From Parcubacteria group bacterium (GTDB lineage Bacteria > Patescibacteriota > Minisyncoccia > Phycocordibacterales > Phycocordibacteraceae): a stretch of DNA of 64,000 nucleotides. Within the stretch, counting starts at the first letter, position 1. The number at the start of each line of letters is the position of its first letter. The position numbers and the translations under genes are program-made. Where the stretch lies: contig JAQBRG010000002.1 of NCBI GenBank assembly GCA_028286615.1, forward strand, positions 31,235-95,234. Direction: 5' to 3'. The notes beneath the pieces are model-generated. The model made no database searches. It was not told the DNA's origin and was given only the letters and a program-made list of their open reading frames with translations. Shown here in pieces: positions 20,140 through 29,227 of this stretch.

Positions 20140-21881
20140 TGAGTCTTACATCTACAAAAAATCCGGCAGAAGAAGCAGCACAAGCAGCCCTTGATGCTGT
20201 ATATAGATGTATCACTGAACGCAAGAGCTTTATCCTCGAGGCAGGCGCAGGTGCAGGAAAAACATATTCGCTGATAAAATCTTTAGAGTTTCTATTAAAG
20301 AATTCTGGTCCAGAACTCAGAAGGCGACAGCAAAAAATAGCCTGTATTACTTTCACAAACGTTGCAAAAAACGAGATAGAATCGAGAACAGATAAAAACC
20401 CTATTATTCACTCGGATACAATCCACGCCTTCTGTTGGTCTTTAATTAGGAATTTTCAGCCAGAATTGAGAGTAGCATTACCATCTATAGGTAAATGGGC
20501 TGAAAGAATGACTGTAACCGAGGTTACAGATCTTGGATTAAGAGAAGTTGTCTATGACTTGGGATATCCTTCGATTGAGGAACATCAGATCAATCTGTAT
20601 CACGACGACGTGCTTGATTTAATTGTTACCCTCTTAGAAAAGCCAAAGTTTAGAACTTTTTTTCTTAGTCAGTATCCAGTTTTATTTATAGACGAGTATC
20701 AAGATACGAATAAGAAATTTGCAGACGCAATTCAAAGGCATTTCCTTGGGAAAGATGAACCCATACTGATAGGTTTTTTTGGAGACCACTGGCAGAAAAT
20801 CTACGGTGATGGTTGTGGAAAAATTGAACACGAGAGTCTGGATATTATTGAGAAGAATTCAAATTTTAGATCTGTTCCTGCCGTGGTAAACGTGCTTAAT
20901 GCCTTAAGGCAGGAACTTCCGCAAGAAGTCAAGGATCCTGACGCAGCAGGAACTGCAGCAGCGTATCATACGAATAATTGGGCAGGCGTTAGACGTACAG
21001 GCGCTCATTGGAATGGTGATGTGTCGTCGGAAGCAGCACATGCTTATCTCCTGAACTTAAGAACTAACTTGATAACACAAGGTTGGGATTTCGATCCCAC
21101 TAAGACTAAGATATTAATGCTTACACATAATGTGCTGGCTGAAGAGCAAGGGTACAAGAACTTCGCAGATGTATTTGAGAGAAATGAATCGTTTATAAAA
21201 AAAGAGGATAAATATGTTGCTTACTTTGTTGATACTCTCGAGCCTTTATGTGCTGCTTACGAAAATAAGAAGTTCGGGGATATGTTCACAGTTCTTGGTG
21301 GACGTAAACCCTTAATGATTACTCATCAAGATAAAATAAAATGGTCTGAAAGCATGAATGGACTTATTGCACTTAGACATACCGGTACAATAGGTCAGAT
21401 AGTTGAATATATTAGAGACAAGAAATACCCACGTTTACCAGAGGTTCTGGAGCGTAAAGAAAAGGAATTTGAGGATTTTGTTCTAGAGGATGGAGCTGAA
21501 GAACCTAAGAGTATTGGACGGCTTCGCGCACTTAAGAAGATTATGTACAAGGAGGTAATTTCATTTGCGCAATTTAGCAATGCTTATACTCCATTTGCGA
21601 CGAAACACAGTGTTAAAGGTGCTGAATTCGAAAATGTCCTCATTGTCTTGGGTCGTGGTTGGAGTCAGTATAATTTTGATCAAATGCTTACGTGGATGAA
21701 TACCACGGTTCCTGTAGATAAAATAGATACGTTTGAGCGTTCAAGGAACCTCTTTTATGTTTGCAGCTCTAGACCAAAGAAACGGTTAGCGCTTCTCTTC
21801 ACTCAAAAACTTGAGGATTATTCGCTCGGAGCACTAAGCACATTATTTGGATCTGAGGTCCATGCTTTACCTAATATTTAG
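20139..21881 (+). CDS. UvrD/PcrA-like SF1 helicase, GajB-like partner of the OLD nuclease
   Basis: Motif I AGAGAGKTYS, Ia ITFTNVAKNE, II FIDEYQDTN, III FGDHWQKIY, and C-terminal VKGAEFENVLIV. The start ATG overlaps the upstream stop (TAATG). Confidence 0.8.
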   Translation: MSLTSTKNPAEEAAQAALDAVYRCITERKSFILEAGAGAGKTYSLIKSLEFLLKNSGPELRRRQQKIACITFTNVAKNEIESRTDKNPIIHSDTIHAFCWSLIRNFQPELRVALPSIGKWAERMTVTEVTDLGLREVVYDLGYPSIEEHQINLYHDDVLDLIVTLLEKPKFRTFFLSQYPVLFIDEYQDTNKKFADAIQRHFLGKDEPILIGFFGDHWQKIYGDGCGKIEHESLDIIEKNSNFRSVPAVVNVLNALRQELPQEVKDPDAAGTAAAYHTNNWAGVRRTGAHWNGDVSSEAAHAYLLNLRTNLITQGWDFDPTKTKILMLTHNVLAEEQGYKNFADVFERNESFIKKEDKYVAYFVDTLEPLCAAYENKKFGDMFTVLGGRKPLMITHQDKIKWSESMNGLIALRHTGTIGQIVEYIRDKKYPRLPEVLERKEKEFEDFVLEDGAEEPKSIGRLRALKKIMYKEVISFAQFSNAYTPFATKHSVKGAEFENVLIVLGRGWSQYNFDQMLTWMNTTVPVDKIDTFERSRNLFYVCSSRPKKRLALLFTQKLEDYSLGALSTLFGSEVHALPNI

Positions 21882-22026
21882 CTTGAATTAGATAATTTGC
21901 AGCAATTTCTCTTTGCGTCAAATCCGAATTTCAAATGATTTCGTATCATACAAAGTATCACTGTTGTTTCTCGAGTTACCGAGGCATCAAGTCATAAGTG
22001 CAAAATTGCGCTAAGATTGCCTCTAC

Positions 22027-22830
22027 ATGAGGCTTTTTATTACCGACGACTGTAATGTAACGTGGGATCCGAAAGTTGATTACTTTCTCTACGGCGGCAT
22101 CGTTGTGCCTGATTCGGAAGCACGAGTACTTGCCGAACAGCTTCTTACCCTCAAGGCAGGAGCCGGGATTCGGAAGGAGAGGCCAGTTAAGTGGAGTAAT
22201 AACAAATGGAAGGGTGAAGCTCTTTTTAATGAAAAGATTCATGCAGCAATAAAAAATCAGGTATTGGACTTGGTGCGTTCATCGGGTGCGAGGATTATTG
22301 TATGTGTAAGCCCGCAAGGTTTTTATCATACAGGCACAATGAAGGGAGAAAAGGTACGGATGGCAATTGATGTTGAAACGCAGAAACGAACACAGCAGTA
22401 TGCGCTTAATGACGTTGTCGCTAAATTCCACTCTTATCTTGAGGAGGTAGATGATCAAGGCATGATCCTTGCCGACAAGTTCGGTCAGGGGGTTAAGGCT
22501 CACATGGACGAGCACTGCATGAATTCTTTTCCTAGGGGAAGAACTCCTACGCCACGTATAATTCATCCAATAATCCAGCTTGATAATGAGGAGAGCCATC
22601 TGCACCAGATAAACGATGTTGTTCTGGGATCGATTTATTTCTCTCTTCGAGAAATGGGTTTCAACTTTCTGCCAGCGATTCGTGACAACTTCTGGATGCG
22701 AGAGGTGGGGGATTATTCATCTATCCTCTACAAAGGATTTAATATATATCCTTTAAGACCCGCTAAGCGAGGCCTGGTTGCAAGTAACCAAGCACTAGAG
22801 CAAAAGTTTAATCGTCTAATTACTGTATAA
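22027..22830 (+). CDS. Hypothetical protein in defence island (possible divergent DUF3800-like)
   Basis: 267 aa. N-terminal MRLFITDDCN loosely resembles the LFIDESG N-terminus of the DUF3800 protein at 41553..42272. No other motif recognised. Confidence 0.45.
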   Translation: MRLFITDDCNVTWDPKVDYFLYGGIVVPDSEARVLAEQLLTLKAGAGIRKERPVKWSNNKWKGEALFNEKIHAAIKNQVLDLVRSSGARIIVCVSPQGFYHTGTMKGEKVRMAIDVETQKRTQQYALNDVVAKFHSYLEEVDDQGMILADKFGQGVKAHMDEHCMNSFPRGRTPTPRIIHPIIQLDNEESHLHQINDVVLGSIYFSLREMGFNFLPAIRDNFWMREVGDYSSILYKGFNIYPLRPAKRGLVASNQALEQKFNRLITV

Positions 22831-22843
22831 TTTAAATAAAGTT

Positions 22844-23167
22844 ATGAATGTCATAAGGGGAACACTTCATCGAGACAATTCAAGAGATAGTTACTGGTCC
22901 CGGATTTTGCTGAAGTCGTCTGAGAATAAAGGCGAGACTTTCGTATATGTATGTGCCTCGTATGAGTATTTAAATTACACATTAAATATTAAGACACTTA
23001 CAGATGAAGCTCTCCATGGATGGGTAGACGACGTCATCATCGAATGGACTGCAAAGGGAGACTCTATTTTTAAGAAACCTTTTCATATAGATGTAAAAGC
23101 TATCACAGAAGAAGGTCGTTTAAATGGTCTGGCATATCTAAGAAAGGAGGTAGTTCCCGCTGTTTAA
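22844..23167 (+). CDS. Hypothetical protein (107 aa)
   Basis: ORF 14 nt downstream of the previous gene with protein-like composition and no recognised family. Confidence 0.4.
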   Translation: MNVIRGTLHRDNSRDSYWSRILLKSSENKGETFVYVCASYEYLNYTLNIKTLTDEALHGWVDDVIIEWTAKGDSIFKKPFHIDVKAITEEGRLNGLAYLRKEVVPAV

Positions 23168-23235
23168 TATTTATCTTGTCCACATTTTAATTTCAGCATT
23201 TTCTTAACTTTATTTTAAATGGATTTAAGCCATAT

Positions 23236-24129
23236 ATGAGAGACTTTGTCTCTAACGCTCAAAATATGGAAACTGATATAATATTCTCAATGCCCGCAAG
23301 TGCCACTAACCGAATAGCTTCAAAACTCGAAACTGAGCCATACTTCAAAGAGAAGGATTTCTTGCTCTATAACGGAGACTCTATAGAGCTTCTGAATCAA
23401 ATGCCAGAAGAGTCTATAGATATGGTTTTCGCAGATCCTCCCTACAATCTTTCGAATGGAGGGTTTACTGTACATGCTGGAAAAATGGTAAGTGTTAATA
23501 AAGGGGATTGGGATAAGAGTAAGGGATTCGAAGACGACTACGATTTTCATTTTCGCTGGCTGCAAGCTGTACGGCGCGTATTAAAACCTCACGGAACCTT
23601 ATGGGTTAGCGGAACATACCACTCTATCTATCAATGTGGCCACGCGCTGCAAGCGCTAGATTTTCATATTCTGAACGATATCTCTTGGTTTAAACCGAAT
23701 GCGTCTCCCAACTTAAGTGGACGTTTCTTTACTGCTAGTCACGAGACAATTATCTGGGCTAGAAAGGAGAAAAAGGCTAAACACATTTTCAACTACAAGT
23801 TAATGAAAGAAGGGAACTGGCCAGAAGATGCTCTTAAGAAACCAGGCCTTCAAATGCGATCTGTATGGTCTATGGGAACTCCAAAACCTTCTGAAAAGAA
23901 GCATGGGAAGCATCCTACTCAGAAGCCGATAGATCTTCTTAAAAGAATTGTGCTATCAAGCACAAACGAGGGCGATGTCGTGCTTGATCCTTTCACAGGC
24001 AGCTCAACAACTGGTCTAGCTTCAATTACGCACGGACGCAAATTCATAGGTATTGATCTCGAGAAAGATTATCTTGATCTATCTATAAAAAGATATAAAG
24101 ATATCAACATGAATCCAAACCTGCTCTAG
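23236..24129 (+). CDS. DNA methyltransferase, beta-class amino-MTase (N6-adenine or N4-cytosine)
   Basis: Motif IV DPPY (VFADPPYNL) precedes motif I (VLDPFTGSSTTG), the beta-class order. NDISWFKPN is also present. Confidence 0.85.
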   Translation: MRDFVSNAQNMETDIIFSMPASATNRIASKLETEPYFKEKDFLLYNGDSIELLNQMPEESIDMVFADPPYNLSNGGFTVHAGKMVSVNKGDWDKSKGFEDDYDFHFRWLQAVRRVLKPHGTLWVSGTYHSIYQCGHALQALDFHILNDISWFKPNASPNLSGRFFTASHETIIWARKEKKAKHIFNYKLMKEGNWPEDALKKPGLQMRSVWSMGTPKPSEKKHGKHPTQKPIDLLKRIVLSSTNEGDVVLDPFTGSSTTGLASITHGRKFIGIDLEKDYLDLSIKRYKDINMNPNLL

Positions 24130-24131
24130 TT

Positions 24132-24932
24132 ATGCCCAAGAAACCATCATGGAAAGAAGAAGCTTGGGATACTCTACTAAAAAAGCTTTGGGACAATCGA
24201 GCTGAAGGAGTTACTTCTGTTGTGTATACAAAGGCTGATTTAAATCCAATTCTTTCGCAATACACACAATCTGGTCAAGGAGAGATACGAATATTCAACT
24301 CAAGTTCGAACGGACTCAATGCCTTAAAGCTTAGAGGTGTTAAGAAAATTCCTCTAACGAGAGATAGTTGGAGAATTGTTGAACGACCAGCAGCTATTGA
24401 ACTAAATGAACCTTCTGAAGGTGGCAAGTTTACTGCACAGCAAGAATTAACAGCTGGAATGATAGCGGGTATAGATGAGTCTATGCGTCATCGTTCTAAT
24501 CCTGGCGAGACAACGTTATTGGCTATAGCTAATCATATTGGAATAATTGCAGACTTTTACAACCTCAAGGACAAGGGGGTTTTGTTTACTGGAGGTAGAC
24601 AAAAAGCCGGTATTCATTTGGTCGTTGGGGATGCTGAACTAGACATGACCAAAGCTCAGATAGAAATCGATGGAGGGTTTGAATGGCGAGATAGTGTAGT
24701 AATTGCCGAAATGAAGAGCTCGTTTAAGCAAAAAGACTTCGACGTAAACCAAGCTCTTATTCCTATGCTGAAATGGCAGAAGTTACTTGTTGCCAAGAAA
24801 GTCTACTCTTTAGTTATGTTGGCTCAAACTAATAGGACTGGTATCGAATATTGGGCATATGATTTTGCGCATGAAGGGAAAGGTATTGGAATGAAAATAT
24901 CAAAGAGTAAAAAGTATCTTGTTGAAATATAA
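24132..24932 (+). CDS. Putative type II restriction endonuclease (PD-(D/E)xK candidate), cognate to the methyltransferase
   Basis: Starts 3 nt after the MTase stop. Candidate catalytic signature IEIDGG...(13 aa)...VVIAEMK. No other family assignment. Confidence 0.4.
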   Translation: MPKKPSWKEEAWDTLLKKLWDNRAEGVTSVVYTKADLNPILSQYTQSGQGEIRIFNSSSNGLNALKLRGVKKIPLTRDSWRIVERPAAIELNEPSEGGKFTAQQELTAGMIAGIDESMRHRSNPGETTLLAIANHIGIIADFYNLKDKGVLFTGGRQKAGIHLVVGDAELDMTKAQIEIDGGFEWRDSVVIAEMKSSFKQKDFDVNQALIPMLKWQKLLVAKKVYSLVMLAQTNRTGIEYWAYDFAHEGKGIGMKISKSKKYLVEI

Positions 24933-25473
24933 GTACGAAGTACGAGAAAGCAGTCGAGCAAAGCATGTACGTATAACCGTCCGTGAGAATGGGCAGGTAG
25001 TTATAACTAAACCAAAGAGAATGCCTTCATCGAAGGTAGAAGCTTTCGTTGCCAAACATGCGGACTGGATTGAAAGGGCGCAAGAGCGAATAGAGAAAAG
25101 AAAGCCAAGGCTTCCTAAGGAACAACTTCCACGTATACGTCGTAACTCGAAAGCATATAAAGAAGCTCAAGAACAAGCTCGTACTCTCGTCACAGCCCGC
25201 CTCATACATTTCAATAAGGTCTACAATTTCACATACGGCACCATATCCATACGTAACCAAAAGACTCGGTGGGGAAGTTGTTCAGCAAAAGGAAACCTTA
25301 GCTTTAACTACCGTATAGCTTTTCTTCCTCCAGAACTGGCAGACTACATAATTGTGCATGAGCTCTGCCACACGAAAGAGCATAATCATTCGCCTCGCTT
25401 CTGGGTAGAAGTAGCTCGCACTATCCCAAACTATTTAGCCTTACGAAACCAACTTCGAACCTATAGATTCTAA
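24919..25473 (+). CDS. DUF45/YgjP-like (WLM/M48-like) zinc-dependent hydrolase
   Basis: HExxH motif IIVHELCHTKEHNHSPRFW is characteristic of the DUF45 family. The ORF overlaps the upstream one by 14 nt. Confidence 0.65.
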   Translation: MLKYKYEVRESSRAKHVRITVRENGQVVITKPKRMPSSKVEAFVAKHADWIERAQERIEKRKPRLPKEQLPRIRRNSKAYKEAQEQARTLVTARLIHFNKVYNFTYGTISIRNQKTRWGSCSAKGNLSFNYRIAFLPPELADYIIVHELCHTKEHNHSPRFWVEVARTIPNYLALRNQLRTYRF

Positions 25474-25486
25474 AGAGTAAACAAAG

Positions 25487-25516
25487 GCCGCTCGAGCTGG
25501 GGCTCGAGCGGTTTTG
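25487..25516. terminator. Bidirectional rho-independent terminator between convergent genes
   Basis: ccgctcgagc-tggg-gctcgagcgg followed by tttt, with an A-run upstream so it serves both strands. Confidence 0.7.
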
Positions 25517-25530
25517 GTATTAACCAAGAA

Positions 25531-26106
25531 TTAGTATCGACGCCAGGCTCTTTCAGAACGTTTCTCGTAGATGATGGTGCGCGGATCTTCGCACACCGTC
25601 CACTCTTGTCCCGCCTCTTTTTTCTCAAACCGCGTTCTGGTCTGACTATCGTTGGATTTGAAATAGGCCAACTTGTCGTTGTGGAAGAGTTGGTGGCGTG
25701 GGAAAGTGCCGTTGAGTTTCACCAGATCCTGGCTCTCCCAGAGCACAGTCTCAATTGCAGTAGAGCCGCGCCGTTCCAGAATCTGTGTAACGCGATAGAA
25801 AGGAAGATTGGCGACCTGATCCAAAGCGTCCTTGTAGTTCGCATAGAGTCCCCACGGCCTTGCCAGAGACCCCTTTGCATTGGTGGCGATCACGAAGGCC
25901 AGATGGTCGCCTTTAATTGGCGTTAGCTGCCCCTCGGATGGGGGAGTCCAGCGTAAGCCGGGACTCCTTGCAACAAACGTCACTCCTTCGCGCAAATGAA
26001 AGAAAAGGTCTGCAACGTGCCGACCCTCTACTTTAATAAAGCCGAAGTTCTTCCCGTCACCCGCAATAAAGCGAGAAACGTATCCTGTGTCGAATTTAAA
26101 GGACAT
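25531..26106 (-). CDS. Cold-shock-domain (CSD) fusion protein, hypothetical C-terminal domain
   Basis: N-terminal YVSRFIAGDGKNFGFIKVEGRHVADLFFHLRE resembles the CSD core (GFGFI...FFH). About 120 aa of unknown function follow. Confidence 0.5.
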   Translation of the reverse strand: MSFKFDTGYVSRFIAGDGKNFGFIKVEGRHVADLFFHLREGVTFVARSPGLRWTPPSEGQLTPIKGDHLAFVIATNAKGSLARPWGLYANYKDALDQVANLPFYRVTQILERRGSTAIETVLWESQDLVKLNGTFPRHQLFHNDKLAYFKSNDSQTRTRFEKKEAGQEWTVCEDPRTIIYEKRSERAWRRY

Positions 26107-26203
26107 GTTAACCTCACTTCAAATGGGTTGTTTGCTGAATGTATTTAAGCACGTATAAGTACATACGTCAATAAACAGGGAGATTACGAGTCTTTGTCGT
26201 AAA

Positions 26204-29179
26204 ATGAATGTAATGGCATCAAGCGCAGCATTCGACGAGGCATACAAGAAGCTCAATAAGGAGCAGAAATTGGCCGTAGACAGCATAGACGGCCCTGTCT
26301 TTGTAATTGCGGGACCTGGCACGGGAAAGACCCAGGTTCTCACCCTACGCGTTGCGAACATCCTCCAGAAGACCGATACGCCCCCAGACGCTATCTTGGC
26401 CCTCACCTTTACGGAAAGTGCCGCTTCCAATATGCGAGAGCGTCTCTCGGCTATGATTGGCGGCACAACCGCCTGGAAGGTCCGTATGCACACCTTCCAC
26501 GGCTTTGCCGAGTCTCTTATCAGCCGATACCCAGATGCCTTCCCAAGGATTGTAGGAGGGCAGGTAGCAAGCGATGCTGAACGGGCTGAGATTATTGAGG
26601 CCGCCATACTCACAAGCGAAGTTACGCATCTTCGTCCCTATGGCGACCCTCTCTACTACTACCGTTTCGTTAGCGGTGCTATTCCAACGCTTAAGCGAGA
26701 AAACGTAACTCCAGAGAAGCTGCTCGAGCGAATAATAGAAGCTGAAGCAGACTTTGAAGCTATTCCAGACAAGTTCAATACAAAAGGAAAGTACGAAGGG
26801 AAGATGAAAGGAGATTTCTTAACCCTTCAGAAGAAGATAGAAAAGACCCGAGATCTCCTTACGGTATATAAAGCATATGAAGCAGGACTAACCGCACGCA
26901 AGCGCTACGACTTTGATGATCTTATTCTTGAAGCAGTACGAGGCTTAACCGAAGACGAGAACCTTCGTCTCCAGGTACAGGAAAGCACGCAGTATGTGTT
27001 AGCAGACGAACATCAGGACGCTAACGCCGCACAGAACGCACTCCTTGAACTCCTTACGGACTACGACGCTCGTCCCAATCTCTTTATTGTGGGAGACGAG
27101 AAGCAGGCTATCTATCGTTTCCAAGGAGCAGACCTCGATAACGTGCACTATTTCCGTGAACGCTTTACCGACACGAAGATAATCGCACTCATAGAGAACT
27201 ATCGCTCAACCCAAAGCATTCTCGATACCGCCCTCTCCCTCATTGTCGCGTCTCCAGACGAGCGTCTTTCTCGCGCTCCCTTGGTTGCTAAGAGCGATGC
27301 AAAGGCGAGACCTATAAGCGTTGTTGCGTGCGAGACTCCTGAACAAGAGGGTGCAGAACTTGCTACACGTATTAAAGCTCTAATAGAAGAAGGAACTAAA
27401 GCAGAAGACATTGCAGTGTTTGGGCGCACCAATAGCGACGTTAGTTTCCTAGTAGAAGAACTTAAGAAAGCAGACATAGCCGTGAGTGCAGGAGGAGAAA
27501 CAAGCGCGCTTAGGAACCGTTACGTACAGGCGCTCATACGACTCCTTAAAGCCATTGCAGAACCGAGAGACGAGAATCTTATTGGCATAATGACGCTCCC
27601 CGCATTCCCGCTTTCAGCTGCAGATGTGTGGCGCGTTATGCAGTATGCAAAGAAGGAACGTATGCCCGTACTTTCTCTTATGCGTTCTCCTGAGAAACTA
27701 AAGGAAGCTCGCCTTGGAGACGAAGCCGCAGCACTCGCGCTTGGTGCTCTTATAGAACAGCTCGTACGTGTAGCAACCATAGAGCGTCCTGCTGTTGTAG
27801 CTGAAGAAGCACTACGTCTTTCAGGTATTCTTCCTCGTATCCTTGGAGCACCAGACCGCGCAGAATCCCTAGCAGCTATTCGTGCACTACTCCGTACTCT
27901 TGAAGACCTTTCTCGAAGGGAGCACGACGCCATGCTCGCGCGTTCCCTCCAGATCCTAGATCTATACGAAGAAAGGAATATCTCTCTTACAGGAGACGTA
28001 ACAGAAGCTCCTGGAAAGGTTAAGGTTATGACCGTACACAAAGCAAAGGGAAGAGAGTTCCTCTACACCTTCATTCCTCGCCTCACAGAAAGCAGCTGGT
28101 CTACCCGTTCCCGTCCTGAGCATTTCCATCTGCCAGACATTCTTTCAGGAAGTGCAGAACTTGAAGACGAACGCCGCCTCCTCTACGTTGCTATTACGCG
28201 CGCCAAGAACCACGCAACCATTTCATACGCTGCAACTCGTAGCGACGGACGTGCTGACGCACCTTCTACGCTTCTTGAAGATCTAACAAAAGAACTGGTC
28301 CAAGAAGAAGTATCAAAGGCTACGTACGAAGACCCGCTTCTCACAGAACGCACCCCGAAGCGCGAAGGGAACCAGCCTTCCAAAGACGATCTTGAAACTC
28401 TCAAGCACGCATTCATTTCTCAAGGCCTTTCAGCAACAGCTCTCAACAACTATTTAGAATGTCCCTGGAAGTATTTCTATGTGAACCTGCTGCGTATTCC
28501 TGAAGCGGAGAACAAGTTCATGCTGTATGGAACTGCTGTGCATGCGGCTCTCCACAGATACGCACTTGAACGCAAGAAGGGCATAGATATTGGAGCGGAG
28601 GGACTTATCTCTTCCTTCACCCACACCCTTACACGTTCTCCTCTCTCAGACGCTGAACTCAAAGAACTCCAAGCAAAGGGAGAACGGTCTCTAGGACTAT
28701 GGTGGGAAGACAGGCACGTGAGCTGGCCAGAGCGCACTGAAGCCGAGCTTGCTGTTGAAGCCAAGCTCAAGCTTACAGACGGTACGGAATTTACAGTTAA
28801 AGGAAAGCTAGATCGTATAGATGAAACGAGTAACGGAGCGTCAGTTGTGGACTACAAGACTGGAAAGCCTAGAAGCCGCAACGAGCTTATGGGAAATACC
28901 AAAGAAGGCGACGGCAATTACTATCGCCAGCTCGTCTTCTACAAGCTCCTTCTCGCACATACTGAAACTCCTCGCGTTATGCAGGACGGCATTATTGAAT
29001 TCGTAGAACCAGATGAGAAGGGAAGAATACGTACTGAACTGTTCCCTATATCAAATGAGGCGATGGATGAGCTTGAGGCTCTTGTTAAGAAATCTGCAGA
29101 AGAGATACTCACTCTTTCGTTCTGGAATGAGCCGTGTAACGAAGTTGCGTGTCCGTGGTGCTCGATTCGTTTCAGTTAA
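26204..29179 (+). CDS. UvrD-like helicase fused to C-terminal RecB-family (PD-(D/E)xK) nuclease with Cys cluster (AddA/AdnA-like helicase-nuclease)
   Basis: Motif I GPGTGKTQVLT, II LADEHQDAN. Nuclease motifs GKLDRIDE and VVDYKTGK. Terminal cysteines CPWKYF...EPCNEVACPWCS (Cx4Cx2C) resemble a 4Fe-4S nuclease-domain cluster. Confidence 0.8.
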   Translation: MNVMASSAAFDEAYKKLNKEQKLAVDSIDGPVFVIAGPGTGKTQVLTLRVANILQKTDTPPDAILALTFTESAASNMRERLSAMIGGTTAWKVRMHTFHGFAESLISRYPDAFPRIVGGQVASDAERAEIIEAAILTSEVTHLRPYGDPLYYYRFVSGAIPTLKRENVTPEKLLERIIEAEADFEAIPDKFNTKGKYEGKMKGDFLTLQKKIEKTRDLLTVYKAYEAGLTARKRYDFDDLILEAVRGLTEDENLRLQVQESTQYVLADEHQDANAAQNALLELLTDYDARPNLFIVGDEKQAIYRFQGADLDNVHYFRERFTDTKIIALIENYRSTQSILDTALSLIVASPDERLSRAPLVAKSDAKARPISVVACETPEQEGAELATRIKALIEEGTKAEDIAVFGRTNSDVSFLVEELKKADIAVSAGGETSALRNRYVQALIRLLKAIAEPRDENLIGIMTLPAFPLSAADVWRVMQYAKKERMPVLSLMRSPEKLKEARLGDEAAALALGALIEQLVRVATIERPAVVAEEALRLSGILPRILGAPDRAESLAAIRALLRTLEDLSRREHDAMLARSLQILDLYEERNISLTGDVTEAPGKVKVMTVHKAKGREFLYTFIPRLTESSWSTRSRPEHFHLPDILSGSAELEDERRLLYVAITRAKNHATISYAATRSDGRADAPSTLLEDLTKELVQEEVSKATYEDPLLTERTPKREGNQPSKDDLETLKHAFISQGLSATALNNYLECPWKYFYVNLLRIPEAENKFMLYGTAVHAALHRYALERKKGIDIGAEGLISSFTHTLTRSPLSDAELKELQAKGERSLGLWWEDRHVSWPERTEAELAVEAKLKLTDGTEFTVKGKLDRIDETSNGASVVDYKTGKPRSRNELMGNTKEGDGNYYRQLVFYKLLLAHTETPRVMQDGIIEFVEPDEKGRIRTELFPISNEAMDELEALVKKSAEEILTLSFWNEPCNEVACPWCSIRFS

Positions 29180-29190
29180 AACAATAAGAA

Positions 29191-29218
29191 AAACCGCCTG
29201 CATTGCAGGCGGTTTTTC
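29191..29218. terminator. Bidirectional rho-independent terminator
   Basis: aaaccgcctgc-attg-caggcggttttt. Confidence 0.7.
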
Positions 29219-29227
29219 TTTAACTGC

